DNA of 64,000 nt from Dehalococcoidia bacterium (GTDB lineage: Bacteria; Chloroflexota; Dehalococcoidia; Plut-88900), in the NCBI GenBank assembly GCA_965197645.1, contig OZ240219.1, positions 2,816,001 to 2,880,000 of the forward strand, in the 5' to 3' direction. Below the pieces are notes generated by a model that was given only the letters and a program-made list of their open reading frames with translations, made no database searches and had not been told where the DNA came from. The translations under genes were made by a program, and so were the position numbers. Shown in pieces: positions 60,650 through 64,000 of the stretch. Position 1 is the first letter of the stretch, and each line of letters begins with the position of its first letter.

Positions 60650-61471
60650 TTAGCCGGCGACGGCGGGTACGCCGCAGAACGCCTCATAGTCGATCAGCTC
60701 GGTGACCGTGGGATTGGTTCCGCACACCGGGCACTCCGGATCACGGGGAGTCCTCACCGTCCTGAAGTCCATCTCCAGCGCATCGAAGATCAGGAGCCTG
60801 CCTTTCAGCGGGTCTCCAATCTCCAGCAGGAGCTTCACCGTCTCGATGGCCTGAATAGTCCCGATGATACCGGGCAGGACCCCGAGAACGCCGGCCTCGG
60901 CGCAGCTGGGCACCATGCCGGGGGGAGGAGGCGTGGGGTAGAGGCACCGATAGCAGCCTTTGTCGGCGGAGAACACCGAGGCCTGACCCTCGAAGAGGAA
61001 TATGCTGCCGTGGACGTTGGGCTTGTTGGCCATGACACAGGCATCGTTCACCAGGTAGCGAGTGGGGAAGTTGTCGCTGCCGTCGACTACTACTTCGTAG
61101 TCGGCAATGATCTCCATGATGTTCTCAGAGCTCAACCTAACCGGATGACTCACCACATTGACATCGGGGTTGATGCCCTTCAGGGTATCGGTGGCGGAAT
61201 CCACTTTCGGTCTCCCTACGTCGGCGTTACGGTGAAGGATCTGTCTTTGAAGATTGGTAATATCTACAACGTCGAAGTCCACTATTCCCATGGTGCCGAC
61301 ACCGGCGGCGGCCAGGTACAGTGCGGTGGGCGAGCCGAGACCGCCCGCTCCGATCAATAGCACCTTCGAGTCCAGCAGCTTCCGCTGCCCCTTGCTTCCG
61401 ACGCTCGGGAGTATCAGGTGCCGGCTGTAGCGCTGGACCTGCTCCTTGGTGAACGGCGCGGCGGTTACCAT
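60650..61471 (-). CDS. moeB: MoeB/ThiF family adenylyltransferase
   Basis: RYSRHL, GAGGLG, NLQRQ, CYRC, CPVC. Confidence 0.88.
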   Translation of the reverse strand: MVTAAPFTKEQVQRYSRHLILPSVGSKGQRKLLDSKVLLIGAGGLGSPTALYLAAAGVGTMGIVDFDVVDITNLQRQILHRNADVGRPKVDSATDTLKGINPDVNVVSHPVRLSSENIMEIIADYEVVVDGSDNFPTRYLVNDACVMANKPNVHGSIFLFEGQASVFSADKGCYRCLYPTPPPPGMVPSCAEAGVLGVLPGIIGTIQAIETVKLLLEIGDPLKGRLLIFDALEMDFRTVRTPRDPECPVCGTNPTVTELIDYEAFCGVPAVAG

Positions 61472-61671
61472 CTTCTATTGCCTCCCTCGGTCTCTATGTT
61501 CAAAAGTATACCGCTTGAGGGGACATTCGATATGCGTACGGCCGCCGCTAGACCTGCAGCAACCTGCCTGACGCCAACCCTCTCACAGCCGGTTTATGAT
61601 AACATACGGTAGTTTCACGGGCAATTTATAGTCACGAAGTTTACTAACATTAATTCCGGAAGGTCGAATAG

Positions 61672-62346
61672 ATGGATACAATTGATCTGGCGGCTGACAA
61701 AAGGGAAGTTCTGGGCAAGAAGGTTAGATTTCTACGCCGGCAGGGACTGGTACCGGCGAACCTGTACGGTAGAGCCAAGGATTCCCTTGCGCTCCAGATG
61801 CAGATAAAGGACTTCCAGCAAGCGCTGGTAACTGGCGGTCGCAACGCCGTCATGGAGGTCAAGGTCAACGGCGAAAAGAACGCCAGGACCGCCATCGTCC
61901 GCGGGTTGCAGCTAGACCCCCGCACCGATCAGCTTCTTCACGTCGATTTCTACGAGGTCGACGTGACCCAGAGCATCAGCGCTGAGGTTCCCATCGAGCT
62001 TGTCGGCGAGTCTCCGGCCGCCCGGGGCAGCGACGCCATGATCAGCCAGTCGCTCACCTCCCTCTCTGTCGAGGGGTTGCCCACTGATCTGCCCCGTTCC
62101 ATCGAGGTCGACATTTCCTTCCTCTCGGAGATAGATCAGGAAGTCAGGGTGAAGGGCCTCTCTGTTCCCTCGAACATATCGGTCCTGACCCATGAAGACC
62201 AGCTTGTAGTCAAGGTCTCCAGGGGCAGAATTGCTGCCGAAGAGGAGGCAGTGGTCGACGAGGAGTTGGAGGGCGTGGCTGTCGACGAGGAGGGCGAGGT
62301 TGCAGCCCCCGAGGCAGCCGCGGAGGATTCCTCCCAGGACGAGTAA
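61672..62346 (+). CDS. rplY: 50S ribosomal protein bL25/Ctc
   Basis: GKKVRFLRRQGLVPANLYG, LHVDF, acidic tail. Confidence 0.93.
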   Translation: MDTIDLAADKREVLGKKVRFLRRQGLVPANLYGRAKDSLALQMQIKDFQQALVTGGRNAVMEVKVNGEKNARTAIVRGLQLDPRTDQLLHVDFYEVDVTQSISAEVPIELVGESPAARGSDAMISQSLTSLSVEGLPTDLPRSIEVDISFLSEIDQEVRVKGLSVPSNISVLTHEDQLVVKVSRGRIAAEEEAVVDEELEGVAVDEEGEVAAPEAAAEDSSQDE

Positions 62347-62432
62347 GGGCCCTCTCCGTTCCCTTCATCCCGACAAAGGCGCTTGACGGGTGCCCCGTGC
62401 CGTATCGGATCCCTTGCCCGGCTGCTGGGCGG

Positions 62433-63299
62433 TCAACCTCCCAAGTAGTCCCTTTGCATCCGGCCGTAGTCGCCCTCCCGGAGCACGCGACCCAGAATTC
62501 CTTCCAGCTCTCCGGCCTCTGCTTCGGCTCCGCCCCTCTGCCGGCTGAGGGCCTCATATACCGCTTTCACCGCCTCTTGGAAGGGCCGGTGGCCCTTCAC
62601 TATGACCCTCACTCCCTGGGACGCTAGGTAGTCCTTGTCTTCGAAATCCGGGTGCCGGGCGCCCAAAAGCAGGGGTAGGTCAGTTGTCCTTCGCACCTCC
62701 TCCAGCTGCTCCCGGGAGGTCAACCCGACCAGGAACAGAGCGTCCACTCCCGTATCCACGTAGGCTCGAACCCTTTCCAACGTCTGATCGAACGTCTGAT
62801 CGAAGCTTTCGGATTCGACTATCACCGTCCTCCCAACGATCACCAACGACGGGTCCTGTCGGGCCCGCAGCGCCGCTCTCAGCTTACCGACCATCTCCGG
62901 CACCGAGATCAGCTCGGGAGACTGGTAGCTGCCGAACCGGGCGGGCAGAACCACGTCCTCGATGGTCAACGCCGACACACCCGCGTTCTCCAGCTCCTCC
63001 ACCGTGCGCATAACGTTGAGAGCGTTGCCGTAGCCGTGGTCAGCGTCCACCAGCAGGCTCAGCTTGCCCACCCGGGTCACCCGCCGAGCGAGGCCGGCGA
63101 ACTCCGTCAGCGTCATGAGGGCGAGGTCCGGCATACCAACCGTCACCGCCGACGCCACCGAACCGGGCAGCATTCCCACCTCGTATCCCAATAGCTCCGC
63201 TATCCGAGCGGATACCGGATCGAACACAGAGGCCGGCTGTATGCAGGTATCACTATTCAGCTGCTCTCGAAAGGTCTCTCGTTCCTCTTGGCTGGACAT
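62433..63299 (-). CDS. Isocitrate lyase/PEP mutase superfamily protein (oxaloacetate decarboxylase-like)
   Basis: SVFDPVSARIA, VDADHGYGNALNV, TIED lacking the KKCG loop. Confidence 0.85.
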   Translation of the reverse strand: MSSQEERETFREQLNSDTCIQPASVFDPVSARIAELLGYEVGMLPGSVASAVTVGMPDLALMTLTEFAGLARRVTRVGKLSLLVDADHGYGNALNVMRTVEELENAGVSALTIEDVVLPARFGSYQSPELISVPEMVGKLRAALRARQDPSLVIVGRTVIVESESFDQTFDQTLERVRAYVDTGVDALFLVGLTSREQLEEVRRTTDLPLLLGARHPDFEDKDYLASQGVRVIVKGHRPFQEAVKAVYEALSRQRGGAEAEAGELEGILGRVLREGDYGRMQRDYLGG

Positions 63300-63380
63300 G
63301 TTTCGCCCACCCCCCTACGTTGTATTGCCGGGACGTTCATGAGTATACCCGCTTTCCGAATGCCAATCGCGGGACAGGAC

Positions 63381-63409
63381 TTGACATACGTTCTAGTAGT
63401 TGATAGCCT
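63381..63409 (+). promoter_or_regulatory. lexA promoter
   Basis: TTGACA-17 nt-TAGCCT. Confidence 0.65.
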
Positions 63410-63415
63410 ATCCAT

Positions 63416-63429
63416 AGAACACCAGTTCT
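63416..63429 (+). promoter_or_regulatory. LexA (SOS) box, GAAC-N4-GTTC type
   Basis: AGAAC-ACCA-GTTCT just upstream of lexA; partial second box TGAC-ATAC-GTTC overlaps the -35. Confidence 0.8.
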
Positions 63430-63447
63430 TTTGTTGAAAGGATGGCC

Positions 63448-64000
63448 ATGAAATCTCTATCGAAGCAGCGGCAAAAAGTCCTGGACACCATCCGGGAGTT
63501 CCTCGATGACAGGGGGTATCCACCAACGGTGCGAGACATCGTGCACGCGTGCAAGATGAGTTCCACGTCCGTGGCCGACTATCACCTGCGCGCCCTCGAG
63601 CGGGAAGGCTACATTAACAGGCACTCCGGCGTATCCAGGGGCATTGAGATAGTAGGCGAAGAGCGGGGCATCAAGAACACGGTCAAAGCGCCCATTATAG
63701 GCAGCATAGCAGCCGGTGCTCCACTTCCCGTACCCTCCACAGACGTGCTGGCCGCCGTAGACTCTTCCGATGCCGTGGAGATACCCCAAGAGATGATCGG
63801 CAACAAGGCCGGAGTTTACGCTCTGAGAGTCAAAGGTTCCTCCATGGTCGATGCCCTCATCGATGACGGCGACATAGTTCTGATGGAGTATGCCAACACC
63901 GCCGAGGACGGGGAGACGGTGGCCGCGTGGCTGGAAGCGGAGGAGGAGGTAACTTTGAAGAAGATCTATCGGGAGAAAGGGAGGGTGCGGCTCCAACCCG
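63448..64000 (+). CDS. lexA: LexA repressor, 3'-truncated by window edge (not in ORF track)
   Basis: MKSLSKQRQKVLDTIREFLDDRGYPPTVRDI...GSIAAG.P...LRVKGSSM..ALIDDGD...VTLKK. Confidence 0.95.
   Translation, partial: MKSLSKQRQKVLDTIREFLDDRGYPPTVRDIVHACKMSSTSVADYHLRALEREGYINRHSGVSRGIEIVGEERGIKNTVKAPIIGSIAAGAPLPVPSTDVLAAVDSSDAVEIPQEMIGNKAGVYALRVKGSSMVDALIDDGDIVLMEYANTAEDGETVAAWLEAEEEVTLKKIYREKGRVRLQP

Noticed and set aside
63457-63996. 179-aa minus-strand ORF
   Set aside because: Antisense to lexA, which runs off the window edge

Overview
GC-rich bacterial chromosomal segment, probably Chloroflexota/Dehalococcoidia (SAR202-like). This is inferred from the dnaB-dnaD-double-AAA dnaC block, a GAAC-N4-GTTC LexA box and paralog expansions of MFS and MDR genes. 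Most of the window is housekeeping: rlmD, maf, tetrapyrrole/siroheme-route heme genes, dnaB/D/C, rplI, purQ/L, rpsU, sufBCDSU, fumC, ribF, tyrS, ligA, pth, moeB, rplY, lexA. Two loci stand out, and the ORF track misses both. (1) A selenoprotein cluster at 38.7-45.0 kb. A GrdE/GrdB-like reductase pair has an in-frame UGA and a non-canonical UxxGxxS motif. It converges on three tandem 361-aa Zn-dependent alcohol dehydrogenase paralogs, two of which have TGA exactly at the catalytic-zinc Cys38 codon followed by a shared SECIS-like hairpin, i.e. candidate selenocysteine alcohol dehydrogenases. One of them also has a rebuilt Zn site (U38/N41/D59). (2) A complete 2574-bp IS1595-family element (24-bp TIRs, 8-bp TSD) carrying a tRNA-Sec-like 9/3 'allo-tRNA' with anticodon UAA, an upstream structured RNA and passenger ORFs. 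All calls come from reading the sequence by eye; no searches were run.
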